Positions 12,788 to 26,030 of a DNA stretch of 40,285 nt are shown piece by piece. Source of the stretch: Bigelowiella natans CCMP2755 (Eukaryota; Protista; Cercozoa); contig ADNK01000400.1 in assembly GCA_000320545.1 (NCBI GenBank), positions 1-40,285 on the forward strand, written 5' to 3'. The notes beneath the pieces are model-generated. The model was given only the letters and a program-made list of their open reading frames with translations, did no database searches and had not been told where the DNA came from. The position numbers were made by a program, and so were the translations under genes. The first letter of the stretch is position 1; each line of letters begins with the position of its first letter.

Positions 12788-13040
12788 TTGAAATTGCCAA
12801 AAAATGTTTACATAGTGGTAATATATATCGTTGCCACTCCTCATTTGCGACAAAGGTTATGTGCCAGAAGACAGTCTGAACGGGATAAATGTCGCATAAA
12901 GGAAGTGGCAACTGTCTGCGTAGTTTGGGATGGTGAGCTGGGTTGGGAGGCATTCCTGCACAAGAGCACGAGTGGGGTTTGACTACCCATCGCTTCTTTT
13001 CCCGGAAAAGAGATTGTGAAGTAATTGGTTCTCTTCATCG

Positions 13041-14297
13041 ATGTGCTTGAGACAATCAAGCTTGCCCATGCTATCCGTCCTCGTCATGCACTTGATCATG
13101 GTCGCAACCGCATCAAATACGATATCGTCGTCAGGAGCTTTCCCTTTAAAATTGTGTCCAGTCCGGCGTGCGCCGTCTATTCGAATCTCGCGTTGGCAAG
13201 CGCGAGTCCTGAAAGATGCGAACACTTTGCCAAACCGACTACCGCGAATTTCTGACAGCAAAGCTGAAAATGCCGAGTTAGTAGCGTGCGACTGCTGTCC
13301 GCCCGGTCGCAGAAAGTTCATGCAAAACTCGGTAATCTACGGGTCGGCTGTAGCTCTAAGGTCTTTAAGTACTACTAAGAATTTTGGGGAAAATGTTGAT
13401 TTGGGGGATTGAATGACTTGTACCTGTAGCTAAAGCGAAATCATTCAATGTAATCGGACAGTATTGCGTGGTGGCTAAGCCTAGGAAGCGACGAGAATAG
13501 AAACATCGTCCTGGATCCGAGGTAGATCAAACTCGAAGCATCTTCTTTGTATCTTAAAAGAGAGATAAGATGTTGTCATAAAGAACTCGATTCTATTCGA
13601 TTAAATTAGCTTTAATTTTGTTTTAAGAAAGTCATTGTAAGAATGTGATATTTTAAAGCGGCAATCAGAGTAACTCATTTCTGTAACTGTTTTACCCATA
13701 CATGCAGCAAATCATTCGCCTGGTGCATGGCGAATCGAATGGCTTCATACGAAGATTCTGTAAAGAAGGTAAAACTAACAAGAGAAATGGTAAGGAGGAG
13801 AAGGATAGGGCATAGTCGTGACAATGGTAGACACAAAAAGTTGTAAGGATGTGGTTTACAGGGACCAGGCATTGCATTTATCTCATTGCACGTGTACCGT
13901 GTGTTATAAACATCCAATCAATAGGAGAAAGAACGAGTCTTTTCTTTACTACTAGAATCGGGGGGATCATCATCAACATCGTCATCGTCAGCAGAAATGA
14001 GACATTTCACTGCATACAAACGGATGGTTTCATTCCCGTCAGCTGCTTCCTCGTCATCGATGATTTCACCTTCATCATCATCATCATCATCATCATTAAT
14101 ATCCCCCGGAGACTCTTCCCCCCTCCCCGCTGCTGATCTTATGAGTAGCAGCACCAAATCATCTCGTGCTTCTACAATTTCCTATCAACCTACTACTACT
14201 CCTCTTTATAAGATTCTGGAGATCGGAGTTGGACCTGGGCCGAATATGGAATTGGTGTGCCAAATGATGAAACACATTATGATTGCGACGATACGAC

Positions 14298-14329
<32 letters not shown>

Positions 14330-14684
14330 CATTGACATTTAAAAAAAACAAAGAAACAAAGAATAGAATAGGAAGACCATCCCACAGTCAATAGGCTATG
14401 CCGATGACTGAGCGATGATGATGACAATACGTGACAACATAATTCGCTTTAGATAAATCCCATTATTGGCCATGCACCCTCTCACTCGCTATGTTTCATA
14501 TATTATACTTTGCGAAAACGTACAAAATGCTGTGAGCAGTATAGAAGAGCTGCTGGAAAGAGTAGTTTCAGCGGCGATATGATAGAAGTGACCGGTCTTG
14601 ATGCAAATGTGAACATGGAACCCTACGCTAGTAAAGCAGCTCAGGTGATGATTGATTGGCCAGATCTGCGATGATAAACGCAGT

Positions 14685-14726
<42 letters not shown>

Positions 14727-14786
14727 CAATTGGAACTAAAGACACAGTATGACGCTATGTTATAAAGGGTGTGAAATTATGTACAC

Positions 14787-14855
<69 letters not shown>

Positions 14856-15827
14856 GTATAATACATTTTTAATGCAACAAATACATAGTGATAGTCAATA
14901 GAAGAACGAGGGTCCTCACCCCCCACTCCACAATCTACAGTTATCTGGTGTGCCGTTTCGATTCGTTCTCGGGGACGCCGAAAAGCTGCCGTTTCCAGGT
15001 GAATGATGTTGCTGCAGTGGTAGAAATCGTAATAGAGTAGAGGCATTCAAGAGGAAGAGGGAGGGGGGATAGATAAAAGTATACAATAGATTCGACCGTA
15101 ACGCATCTAACGATCATACGACTTTGTCACAGATGAGTCATTCGAAGCTGTTGTCGGAACCCATGTGATGTGCTCCGTTCCACAACCAGAAAGGGCGTTA
15201 CGAGAGATCGCTCGAGTGCTGAAGCCGGGTGATATTGATGCTCATAACGAGGATGAGGATGATGACGATCATGATGACAACGATGGTGACGATGATCATC
15301 ATGGCTGTTTCGATGGACACTCATATATTTAAAACTACCTTCGTATTGCCCCCCCCTTTTCAACCATGGTTGTGACTTAAAATAGGAGGTCGATACCTAT
15401 TCTGGGAGCATGTCCGAGCGCAAGATGACCGGAAGGGCCTGCAATTTCAGCAAGATATCTTAGATCCACTACAACAAGTAGGAATTCCATAGTCGTAGTC
15501 GCAGTAGTAGGAGCAGTAGCAGCAGCAGGAGGAGGAGGAGGAGGAGGAGGAGGAGGAGGAGGAAGATGAGAGGCTGTACATGTTATGGTGGTAGTGGAGT
15601 ATTGTAGCTTAGAGCGGGACAGCATATGCTCCCTTACATGCGATTATTAACTGATTTTCAACATGAAACCGAAAATTCAGGTTTTCTTCCAAGGGTGTCA
15701 TTTATCTCGCGACACACTTGGAACGATAATGAAGAGTGAAGCGTTCAGCGACGTCCAGGCGGAGACGAAGTACCTTGGGGATAGGCCACTCCTGTCCCCC
15801 CACGCGATCGGCATCGCATATAAATGA
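13041..15827 (+). CDS. Plastid-targeted class I SAM-dependent methyltransferase (Methyltransf_11, METTL7/TMT1-like)
   Basis: Bipartite-like leader. Spliced motifs FAWCMANRMASYE, ILEIGVGPGPNM (motif I), VTGLDANVNM, GDAEKLPFPDESFEAVVGTHVMCSV, LREIARVLKPGGRYLFWEHV, GCHLSRDT; stop 15825-15827. Exon 1-2 boundary uncertain. Confidence 0.88.
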
Positions 15828-15959
15828 GCCACGATTATAATGATGATGATGATGATGATGATGATGATGCAAGATGACGCGAGGATGAGCATGCGATGGT
15901 GGTAGAAGTGATTTGGTTGTCCGAATTGAAGCCTGATGTTCAAGTCGACAACTTCATGG

Positions 15960-16585
15960 CAGCCATTCTAGCTGCAAAAATACAACCCAGACTAGAATAA
16001 TCTAGAGCTTATAGGCGACCGCCTGCAGCAGCAATGTAGCAAATTAGATACCTATCCTGCGTAGACCATGTCCTGAAGGTATGTAAATCTATCTTGAAGA
16101 AAGCGTCGGGTGACTGTAGATAATGAGCAGTTCCTCAAAGATGTCTGCATCGATCGAAAACGCTTCCATTATGTGGAAGCTAGCCCAGACTACTACGCTA
16201 CTTCGCATGATCGAAGCTCGAGCGTATCCGGCTAGATGAAGTACTTGCCATGTATCAATGATGAGTGCGCTGCGCTGCTCGGTATATGAATTATTGCTAC
16301 ATGTCGTACGGCTAATGGATTGTTTAATTCAGCATGGTTTGCGTGTCGCCCCCCTTGCACTGCGATGCTCTCTAGCTCTAGATGCTGCTAAATGAACGCT
16401 ACGTGCGCGGCTGCTTGCACATGTCTTTCGAATATGTATAGAGACTCGCACTGCACATAGCTAGATAGCTGTGGAGGGGTCTCACTGTAAGTACTAGCGT
16501 GTCGTAGCTAGGCGTAGCACGGACATCCCGTCGTAGATCATGCGAAAAAGTGCATTGCTTGTGTGTGCCAGACTAGCAGAGCGAC
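15960..16585. other. CTAG-rich intergenic spacer between convergent methyltransferase and GT77 genes
   Basis: About 11 CTAG in about 620 bp; no ORF, no microsatellite. Confidence 0.72.
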
Positions 16586-16635
16586 AACTATCTCTGATTC
16601 AAGTGGAATGTATCGTTTGTTTCTGAAAGAAGTCA

Positions 16636-17271
16636 TCATATTTTACAGCTTGGTGCCATGAAATCGCCACCACAAGGCACTAAATCTTTCGTGTAAGCTG
16701 AGCACTTCTCATCAAAGAACCAAAGATTTGCTTTGGCCAGTCGGTAGGTCTGCGGAATACAATATACGACGCAGGCACATCACTCAAATTTGGGGAGCAC
16801 GTCGCAACATGAAGAACAATGGCTGCACATGAAAAGGCATCGTCTCCAGCCTGCCATGCACTTAGAAAGAATATGGTAGTTGAAACACGAGTCTGGTTCG
16901 ACCTTACGGTGACTGACGCCGTGGACCACAATCGCCTTGTCTTTGATCTGATTCCATTTCCTCAGTGTGTGGTCGTAGAGGAGCTGGAACTGCAAAAGCG
17001 GCAGGACTCGAAACCCGATCTAATCAGAAGGAGGAGAAGAAGGAGAGGGGGGAGAGGAGGGATAGCAAGTGTACGAAAAGAATCACCGATCATGATTAAG
17101 ATTTATTCTCTGGATTCCAGAGTGCCCCTCTCCCTAGCCCCCCCCAAAAGCAAACAGCTGTTGAAGGCTTCATTCAATTTGCCATTAGGTACAATGTGGG
17201 CGGAATAACAACCTGGCGGAATTTATGATGACGTAGAAGCGCATTCCAAAGCTGCTGGTCGCTGATGCCCT

Positions 17272-17306
<35 letters not shown>

Positions 17307-18034
17307 TATTATAATTCATCATTGTTAGTCTTGTCACTGTACGCAGATTGACTTTTGTCACTTGCATGCCGAAGTCTTTCATATGGAATCGGTACATGTT
17401 TGTTCCCATGGTCTTATCCTCGTGCGTCATCAGTATCAATGCGCTCACGTTCGTGGTCTTCGCCATCACCATCACCATCACCATCACCATCAATCGTCAT
17501 CACAGCAACCTTCACTGGGAGGAGATTCTCGAGAGTCTGCATGAAGATCTTGGTGCGCTTATTCGCGACCATCCAGACAAAGCCGCTATTCGCCACCCCC
17601 AGGGAGTCCCACCTAGACACCAACAAGAGCCGCATAGCGGTACACGTCAATGAATGAATGATGGTAATAAGTAGAAGAGGAGCGGGAGATTGGTTGGTTG
17701 GTGGGGGGGGGGGGGATGGGAGATGTGGTCATGCCATCCGCGACCTCGGGGCGAACATTGCGAGGCAGTCTCTTTGTATGGCTGCGTCCCGAAGCCAATC
17801 ACGAGGATCTCTGCACGTCGGAGGATTATTATCATTTATTTTTTTATGATAAGGAAAGAGAGGAAAGAGGGGAAAGAGGGGAGGGAGAGAGAGATATGGA
17901 TCAGAAGGGGCGGGGAGACAGCAGGTGATGATGATGATGTCCATGGTAACATTTTGCCCTCCCTCACTACTTCTTCACCCTCCCACCCACGCACGAAAGG
18001 ACGACAACACCGAAGAAACCACTTGTTTCCCATA

Positions 18035-18081
<47 letters not shown>

Positions 18082-18936
18082 GTATGGAGATATACTGACT
18101 CACATTTGCCAGACAATGTCGACATCGTGCAGGAGAAGAGTGTAGTCGTTCTGAACGAGATCGTTCGCAACGATGACCGTTACGCTGTTGATGTCGCTGT
18201 GACCCTGCATGTGTGGGTTCCAGCCCGCCTGGTCCGCCCCTTTGTGGTGGTATTGGTTGGGGTTGTAGAACAGAAGGGAGATGAGCGATGGAGGCTATCA
18301 TTGACGACGACGACGACGATGATGATGAGGAAAAGAAGGATGACGACTATGAAGACGATCGATGGCAAATGCATGGCAAACACAGTAGTTCTCTCGAAGA
18401 CAGCATCAAACGGCTTGCTTTTGTCGCAGTAGAACGCTGCTAAAGTCAGTAACTACGTTTCTCTTTCTGTGTGATTGCTGCGACGTCGCCCGAAAAAAGG
18501 GAAAACAGGATAAAACCGGATAAAATCATCCTGTGTCAGGATGATTCTAATTAGCAGCAGCGGCATAGTAGCATTCACTATTAATACAGAACATTGCAAT
18601 CGTCCTCGTTACCACCACCACCGCCACCGCCACCCACTGCATCATGGCATTAACTACCCTCATATTTTGCGTCTATAGTAAAGCCAAGCTCGGTGATCCA
18701 GTCGAGCGGCAGGATTGTGAAGTTATTTCTCTCGATGATATTCGCTGCATTCCTGTCTGTGGGAACCATTAGCGTTGAATCCCTCACTTCTATGCCATGT
18801 CGCTCACAAGAGCATACCTTTGGAGGGAGAAGGGGGGGGGGGGGGGGGAGACAGATTAACGGCGGTATAAAGTACCTTTCTCCAACACGAAAAACAGGTT
18901 TTGTATCTGAAACACAACCCACTGCTGCGAATCATA

Positions 18937-18973
<37 letters not shown>

Positions 18974-19182
18974 GCTGCTATGTATCACTACGCTTATGAC
19001 TACGCACCCAATTCAGGAACAGATGAATTTGTCCAGTGTTGACGGTCATCACTGTCACAGCCTATGGTGGTGGTGGTGGTGGTGATGGCGGTTGTCTATC
19101 TCTGGATGTCTCGTTGCGTCACGTTGTACAATGTAAAAGTGCCACGCACATATACATATCACTACGCAAGCGCGCGCGCGCG

Positions 19183-19219
<37 letters not shown>

Positions 19220-20133
19220 CAACACAGACTCATATTTGTATTTGCCTTTAATTCATCACGGGACAATTATCGTGTGAGAGTGTGGGCATGCGCATGTGAA
19301 TGCGCGTACCGATTTAGGCTTAAACTTGGTCTTGATCATACTTATTCTTTTCTTCATTCTTTCCTCCGATCGCAGTACCTGATGCGAGGTAAACACTTGT
19401 CCTTTGATTGTCTCCTTATGTTAATGATGTGTGACTTCTTCTTTAGTGGTGGTCGATGCCGTTTGAAAAACACACGAAAACTACCTCGATGAGCTTGCGT
19501 TTTCTATTTTGATCTGCTTTATTGCACTTGAGGCAGGTTGGATCCTAAAGTAGTGCGTAAATGTTTGTGAATGACCGACTACATAAACCCAGCCATTACT
19601 ACGACTGCTTCTTCTTCTACTACTACTCTTAGTCTACCGGACAGGAGTACATCGAGCCTTTGAGAAACGGCTGCATCTCTCTGTCGCACAGTCGCACTTC
19701 CTAAGTGAGCAGCTTCTGTCAGTCAAATGAAAAGCGCTTTTGAATAGCTTCCCCCCATGTCTTCTTCTCTCCCCCGCGCCTTTTCCCTCGTGCTTTTTCC
19801 TTCTCTCATTTGGAAGTGAATAAGACAAAGCAAACTCTTTTCCTAATATCGATTGATCTTCGCGCGTGCTGTCGCGCACCTCTATCGTCAGTGGCTTTGG
19901 AGGAAAGCCAACGTCGTCTAGGTCAAATATTTCGTCGTCTAATCGTGCCAGAACGACGCTTTTATTTGATTGTTGCTGGGCCGGAAAGCTCTCCGCATGA
20001 TCCCCTGATATCCCGTTTGTGTTTATGCGACGAGCCGGAGGCGATGATGCAGCGCTGTCATTGTAATTATCATTATTTGACGAGAGCTGGAACTCTGCCC
20101 GCATCTTTGCACCTGATTGATAGATATATTCGT

Positions 20134-20187
<54 letters not shown>

Positions 20188-20461
20188 TATATATATCAGC
20201 TAATTATCCATTAGACAGGAAAATGCAAAATTGCCTTCGTGAGTCGCCGCTGTTGCGCCTCGAATAATTGCCGCACTCGAGTGCATGACGTAGGTGTATG
20301 CTCTAAGTAACGTAAGAAGATGCATGGTGAGAACGCTGCTGTGAAGTGATCAGTCAAATCTCCGCAGGATGATAGGTGGTGCTGTGGTATTACGAGAGGA
20401 GGAGACAGACTGCACAAGCCGCGAAGATAGGCCACGACTTGTACATAAGAGAGCTCCTCAT
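16636..20461 (-). CDS. Nucleotide-diphospho-sugar transferase (PF03407, GT77-like), type II membrane protein, about 13 exons
   Basis: N-terminal anchor MRSSLMYKSWPIFAACAVCLLLS. Spliced motifs VMTVNTGQIHLFLNWVCS, LLLHDVDIVWQIDP (DxD), ANSGFVWMVANKRT, SDQQLWNALL, FRVLP, VVHG...KTYRLAKANLW; stop 16638-16636. Confidence 0.85.
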
Positions 20462-20892
20462 GGCGCCCCTTCTTTCTATTTGACCGACTGCCCGCTAAAC
20501 TGAAAAACGATACGGCGCCCTCAGTTTCCTTGCGAGATGCTGGTCGATGATACACTATCTTCACGGGTTTAGGCGTGCCGCCATCGTGAATGGACTGTCC
20601 AGTTCGGGTCGTCGGCCAGGAGATCGATGACGACGATCCCCAAATCCAAGTCGCACATGCAACGATACAAATCCCAACATACGACTGCCCTAATCCCCTG
20701 TCGCAGATAAAATTCCCCTTATATTCTCGGCATCCCAGGCGGTAGCTGAGTGGTAATACCGGGGATTCCAGAGGTATCACACTTGAGGATCTCTGGTGGG
20801 TCTCGGAGAATATCTGGAAAATCTCGAGGAAATGAACGGCGAACGAAAGCGCATCTTCTTCATCTCTTGTTTTGGTGTACCGTACCCCAACG
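20462..20892. promoter_or_regulatory. Putative bidirectional promoter/5'UTR region, GT77 gene and hemE
   Basis: 431 bp between divergent ATGs; positional inference only. Confidence 0.5.
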
Positions 20893-22684
20893 ATGGCTCT
20901 TACCTGCAACCTTCCGCGCAGCCGTAGCCGCAGCAGCCGCAGCCGCCGCAGTCATCATTCCTTGCCAGCCTTGACGATAGCGGGATGCTTTGTGGGTAGT
21001 GGTGTGATGCTGCTGGTAGCCATGCTGGCGTATGGACGGGCAGAGCAAGGAGGCATGGTGCTAGCACAGACACTGGGTGCCACGCGTGCCATGGGCGTGA
21101 ATAGCATGAATGCTGCCCGCCTGGAGACAATAATTCGCAAACCAGGCTCGCTAAGAAATCGACTACGTGGAAGCAGCCCTGTAAACTATATCTCGGGCAA
21201 AGGTCGGGTGGCGAACTGCAACGCCCAAACGGCGGCGCCGAATGACTTCCCTGAGCTAAAAAACGACCTGCTCCTTAGGGCTGCGCGGTAGGATCCACTA
21301 AACCTTCAAATGATATATATCACAGTTTCGATAAAATCATCATTATTACTATTGCATTCATACATTAGCGGTGAGGAGACGGAACAGGTTCCCGTTTGGA
21401 TCCACCGGCAGGTTGTACTTACACACAACTACTGTTGCCAGAATCATCATCATCGTCATATATCGATTTGCGTGTCATTAGGCTGGGCGCTACCTTCCTG
21501 AATTTCTCTCGATAGCGGAAGCAAATGGATACATGAAGTGCTTTAATACGCCAGAGATTGCTGCCGATCTGACCGTCCAGCCCATTGAAAGGTAGTAATA
21601 TAAACATCGATCTTTCTATTCTCGCTCTAAAAAGACTGGGGGTCGATCGTAATTACTCTTTCCTACTCAACGTTTTTGCTTCTTCCCTTCCTCACAGATA
21701 TGGCATGGATGCTGCAATCCTCTTCTCGGACATATTGGTTCTACTTCCAGTTATGGGGGTATGTATGTATTACCAGCAGTGCCTGCCGCTGCCGACGGCG
21801 GCGCCTTTTCATTCATTTTTCATAGCAATAAGTATGGTATTATTGAGAGAGGGGGTCGGTCTAGCCACCAGATCGGGATTTCAGGCATCTGTTAGGGCTG
21901 TGCCGTTCTAAAATGCAAAACTCGAACAGATCGAATGGAAATTCACGGCAGGTGTAGAGCCGTATGCTGTCAATGCCATCAGGTGCTTCCCCACCCCCCT
22001 TCCGCAGCAGCAACAACGTTCACATCATTCAATCGGCAATTTCTAAGCTGTGCCGCGCACGTTTCTTCACTGCACCGATCAGCACGCCCGAGGACGTGGA
22101 AAGGACGTTGCCAAATGTGGACGACGTTGATATTCGCGAGAAGCTGGGGTACTTTCTTCCAGATTTTTACAGTAATCGATGAGATGTATCATCGAACTAG
22201 GAGGAATTTCTTCATCTTTGCCCTGATGTCGTAGCGCTTTATGAAAAGGTTATCCAAGCAACCTATCCCCCCCCCCCCCCCCTCCCCACTCTTTCACCGT
22301 ATAATCAGGTATGTCCTGGAATCAGTCGGAATTACCCGAAGGAAGCTCGACGGGAGAGCACCTTTAATAGGTAAGGAGTGGGAGAGAATTGAGTGCATAC
22401 GATGCAATGTGACGTGCTGATTTGTCAGCGTCAACGATTAATCAAGATGCCTTTGTATTGAGATATGTCGCTTTGATCTTCGGCAGGTTTCAGCGGTGCC
22501 CCCTGGACCTTGCTCACGTAACGTTACAAATACACCAGAATCTCAATTTATAAGAAGACAAGGATCACAGACAAAGGAGGAGGGGGAGAATAGAGAGACT
22601 TTTCTTTCCCATCGCCGTATTTCCTCCAGGATCGATCATCCAACTTTTTTTCAAATGCAAACTTCAATCATACAGCACACTCAC

Positions 22685-22717
<33 letters not shown>

Positions 22718-23183
22718 ATCACTCACTTACATGTTGACGTTTTTTTGCCCATTATTTGCAGATATACGATGCATGGACAGGAGAGCAACGGGCGCGACAA
22801 CTCTCTTGAATTTATCAGCAAGTAACATGCTAAAAGAAATCATGCGCGCGTGCTGAATATGTATGCATGTAACATTAATTGCGAAACTAGCAATCCTGTG
22901 TCGGTTTGGATGTTAGCAATTTGAATCTCATACTGAAGACGATGATTTTTTGCACATTCTCGTCCTCTCGCCCCCTCCTTCCTTTTGCCCCCATGCTATT
23001 GCTACAGGTACCCTGAAGCGGCAGAAAAGATTCTCCAAACGGCGAAGAAGCTCGTTGTCAAGTATCTCATCGCTAAGGTGACTCAGAGAGTACGCGCGCG
23101 CATGTGCACACGCAACATACACACACAACACACACGCACACACGCGCACACGCATATATTGCATTTTTTGGTAAAGGCTGGCG

Positions 23184-23219
<36 letters not shown>

Positions 23220-23372
23220 ATTGTTTGTGCTAAATGCTGGCTTGACTCTATTACTACTTTTCAGGTCGAGTCGGGGGCGCAGATGCTCCAGGTATGATGA
23301 TAACGTCACGTTTAAGGCTACATACTTAACGATAAAATGCGATGCATAAAGAACAAACGCACTCATACTAAC

Positions 23373-23411
<39 letters not shown>

Positions 23412-23661
23412 TAGATACGCACGCACGCCCTCACTCCTCCTCCTCCTCCTCCTCCTTCTCCTCCTCCTACTACTACGACTGCTACTAGGTTTTTGACTCT
23501 TGGGCGGGCATTCTTTCTGAGGAGGACTTTAAGAAATACTCGCTCCCGTACCTTCTCGAGGTGAGACTACCCAGAGCTATGATTCGGATGATCCGCAATA
23601 TTATTGCTAGATAGTGAAGGTGGCGGGGGTGAGGTGCTATGGCTGCCTGACGTCACACACA

Positions 23662-23696
<35 letters not shown>

Positions 23697-24291
23697 ATAC
23701 ACTAGGAACAAATGAGAGAAAGCCGTTGTGAATTCATTGCTGTTGCTGTTGCTGTTGCTGCTTCTTTCTGGCTGTTGTTGTCGTTGTTGTTGTTGTTGGT
23801 TGATGGGGAACAAGATCGCGACAGAAGTGAAAAGCGGGCTCAGAGCTAAGGGAATTGAACCCGTACCGATGACAGTCTTTCCGCGTGGTAGTAGATACGA
23901 CGTAGCGACGATGATCATGGTGTTGAGGATGATGACACGCCTTCCTCCACATCCGTTTTCGCTACTGCACTCGCCATCAAATGTGAAAAACCCAACATTT
24001 ATTGCTTCCAAGCATGTAGTGCATATACTTTGTAAGTGTGTGTGTGTTTGTGTGTGTGTGTGTGTTGTGCGTGTCATATATAAATAAGATCATTTATATC
24101 TTTTCGCCTCACTCCACGTTTTCCTTTGAGGCTGTGTTCATCATTCTCTCTTAATTGTACACAGGTTGCGGGCACTCGTTGGCTGCTTTCGAGACTTCTG
24201 ACTATGACTGCGTCTCGCTTGATGAGGTGACTGATTGGCTCACTGTTCGTGATGGTGATGATGACGGAGCTGTGTGCTGTTTAATATATAC

Positions 24292-24325
<34 letters not shown>

Positions 24326-24382
24326 CGGTGTCTCTGTGACAGCACGATGATAATGAAAGATGATGATGGTGGTGGTATATTT

Positions 24383-24421
<39 letters not shown>

Positions 24422-24985
24422 GAAATAAATTATGTATTGTGTGTGAACCTGTGTTTGTGTGCGCCCTATTTCAACTTTGCTTGTCATCCACTTCCTCCCC
24501 TCCTTCTCCTCCTCCCCGCCCCGCCCCGTCCTCATAACAGAACGTGGACCCTGCGGAAGCTCGGAAGCAGCTGCCGAGCAAGACCCTTCAGGGCAATTTC
24601 CAGGGAAAGTTCATTTACGACGACGAAGCCACCATTCGCAAAGAGGTATAATTACTATTATTATTATTACTAGTAGTAGTAGTGGTGGTAGTAGTATGAT
24701 GAGATAATAGCCAGCTTTATCGAGAGATGAACGTTTCTCGTTTGTTGCGGCAATCAATCAAAATGACACCTTCTCTTCGTTAGCCTGATCGTTTTCTTCA
24801 TCCCCCTCCCTCCCCCTTCCTCCTCCTCCCTCCTTTCGATACGACTATTACGCTATCGTTACGCTTGCGACCATGGTTTCACTACCGAACCCACGTTTGT
24901 GCAGGCTAGTGAAATGGTGGGAAGATTCGGCACTCAGCGCTATATTGCAAACTTCGGGTCGGTGCCTCTGCTCTTTCCCCCTCTC

Positions 24986-25036
<51 letters not shown>

Positions 25037-25360
25037 CCTACCAGCGATTATAGAGCAGAGGGGAATGACATGCTGTTGTATTATTAGATATGCGGTGGAA
25101 AAGCAGCACAGTCCAGAGAAGATAGGTCGGACATTTGTAGTATGATGCAGTACACACACACACACACATACACACACACAGAGAGAGAGAGATACAGCAG
25201 CAGCAGCAGCAGTGGCAGCTGTACACCACCCGCAATCACACACATTGTATACAAGAGGTACTCAATATTCTACGCACATTTACAATTATAATCATAAATC
25301 ATGTATATATGCGTGTCAGGTGTCTTTGTGGATGAGATCCGTAAGTCATCTCGGAAGTGA
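20893..25360 (+). CDS. hemE: Uroporphyrinogen decarboxylase, eukaryotic cytosolic type, with bipartite plastid-type leader; about 18 exons
   Basis: [86 protein letters not shown]; stop 25358-25360. About 115-aa N-terminal extension with hydrophobic core. Confidence 0.93.
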
Positions 25361-25639
25361 ACGATTAGGTAACTGAAGAGAATATTGACGAAGGCTACCG
25401 TATCATCGGCTATCTAATAATTAAAGCCTTGCATTGGAAACAAAGTATATAACGTCGATGTGCTGTTGCAGCACAGCAGCATCAACAGCAACAGCAGAAA
25501 ATAGAAATAACAATGGTGGCTCGCCATACCCCAGGTTTGACGCTCGACTTAGTGAGTAGTTTTTAACTCCCTTGAATCTGCGCGTCCTGGTTCGCGAAAT
25601 TGTGTAAAAATCGGTTTATCCCTCGCCGTTGCTACTGCA

Positions 25640-26030
25640 TCATGCATTACTAGCAGATATGCAGACATCGAAAACTAATAATCATGGAAAAGCTTATGCG
25701 TAATTCGTACTGTAACACGTTCCTTATGTTTAGTACTGGGTAACATATAAGTATGATGCTTCGACGGCCGACTTGTAAGCACTGCGGCTGCTATGCAAAA
25801 AGCATTACGTGTAATTTGTCCATGCCGTATGGAATCGAAGTGCATTCGTTTGACGATGCGTGCCATCGTGTTGCAACGTACACGCAAGTGGCTATTTATG
25901 TGGCTAGATTCATCGCCCTGCTCCACCTAGTCCAATGCTAGAATGGTGATCGAATGATGCAGACCGCCGCCACCATGTCTCTAGCGCGACTAGTGACCAC
26001 GCTAGAACAGCACGTGCTGCTGTGCACAAG
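25640..26030. other. CTAG-rich spacer between tandem hemE and RRM genes
   Basis: 6 CTAG within about 25900-26010, plus one near 25650. Confidence 0.6.

Noticed and set aside
20211-20909. 232-aa minus-strand ORF across the GT77/hemE promoter
   Set aside because: TTG start and no internal Met; the signal-anchor exon of the GT77 gene is in a different frame, starting at 20461.
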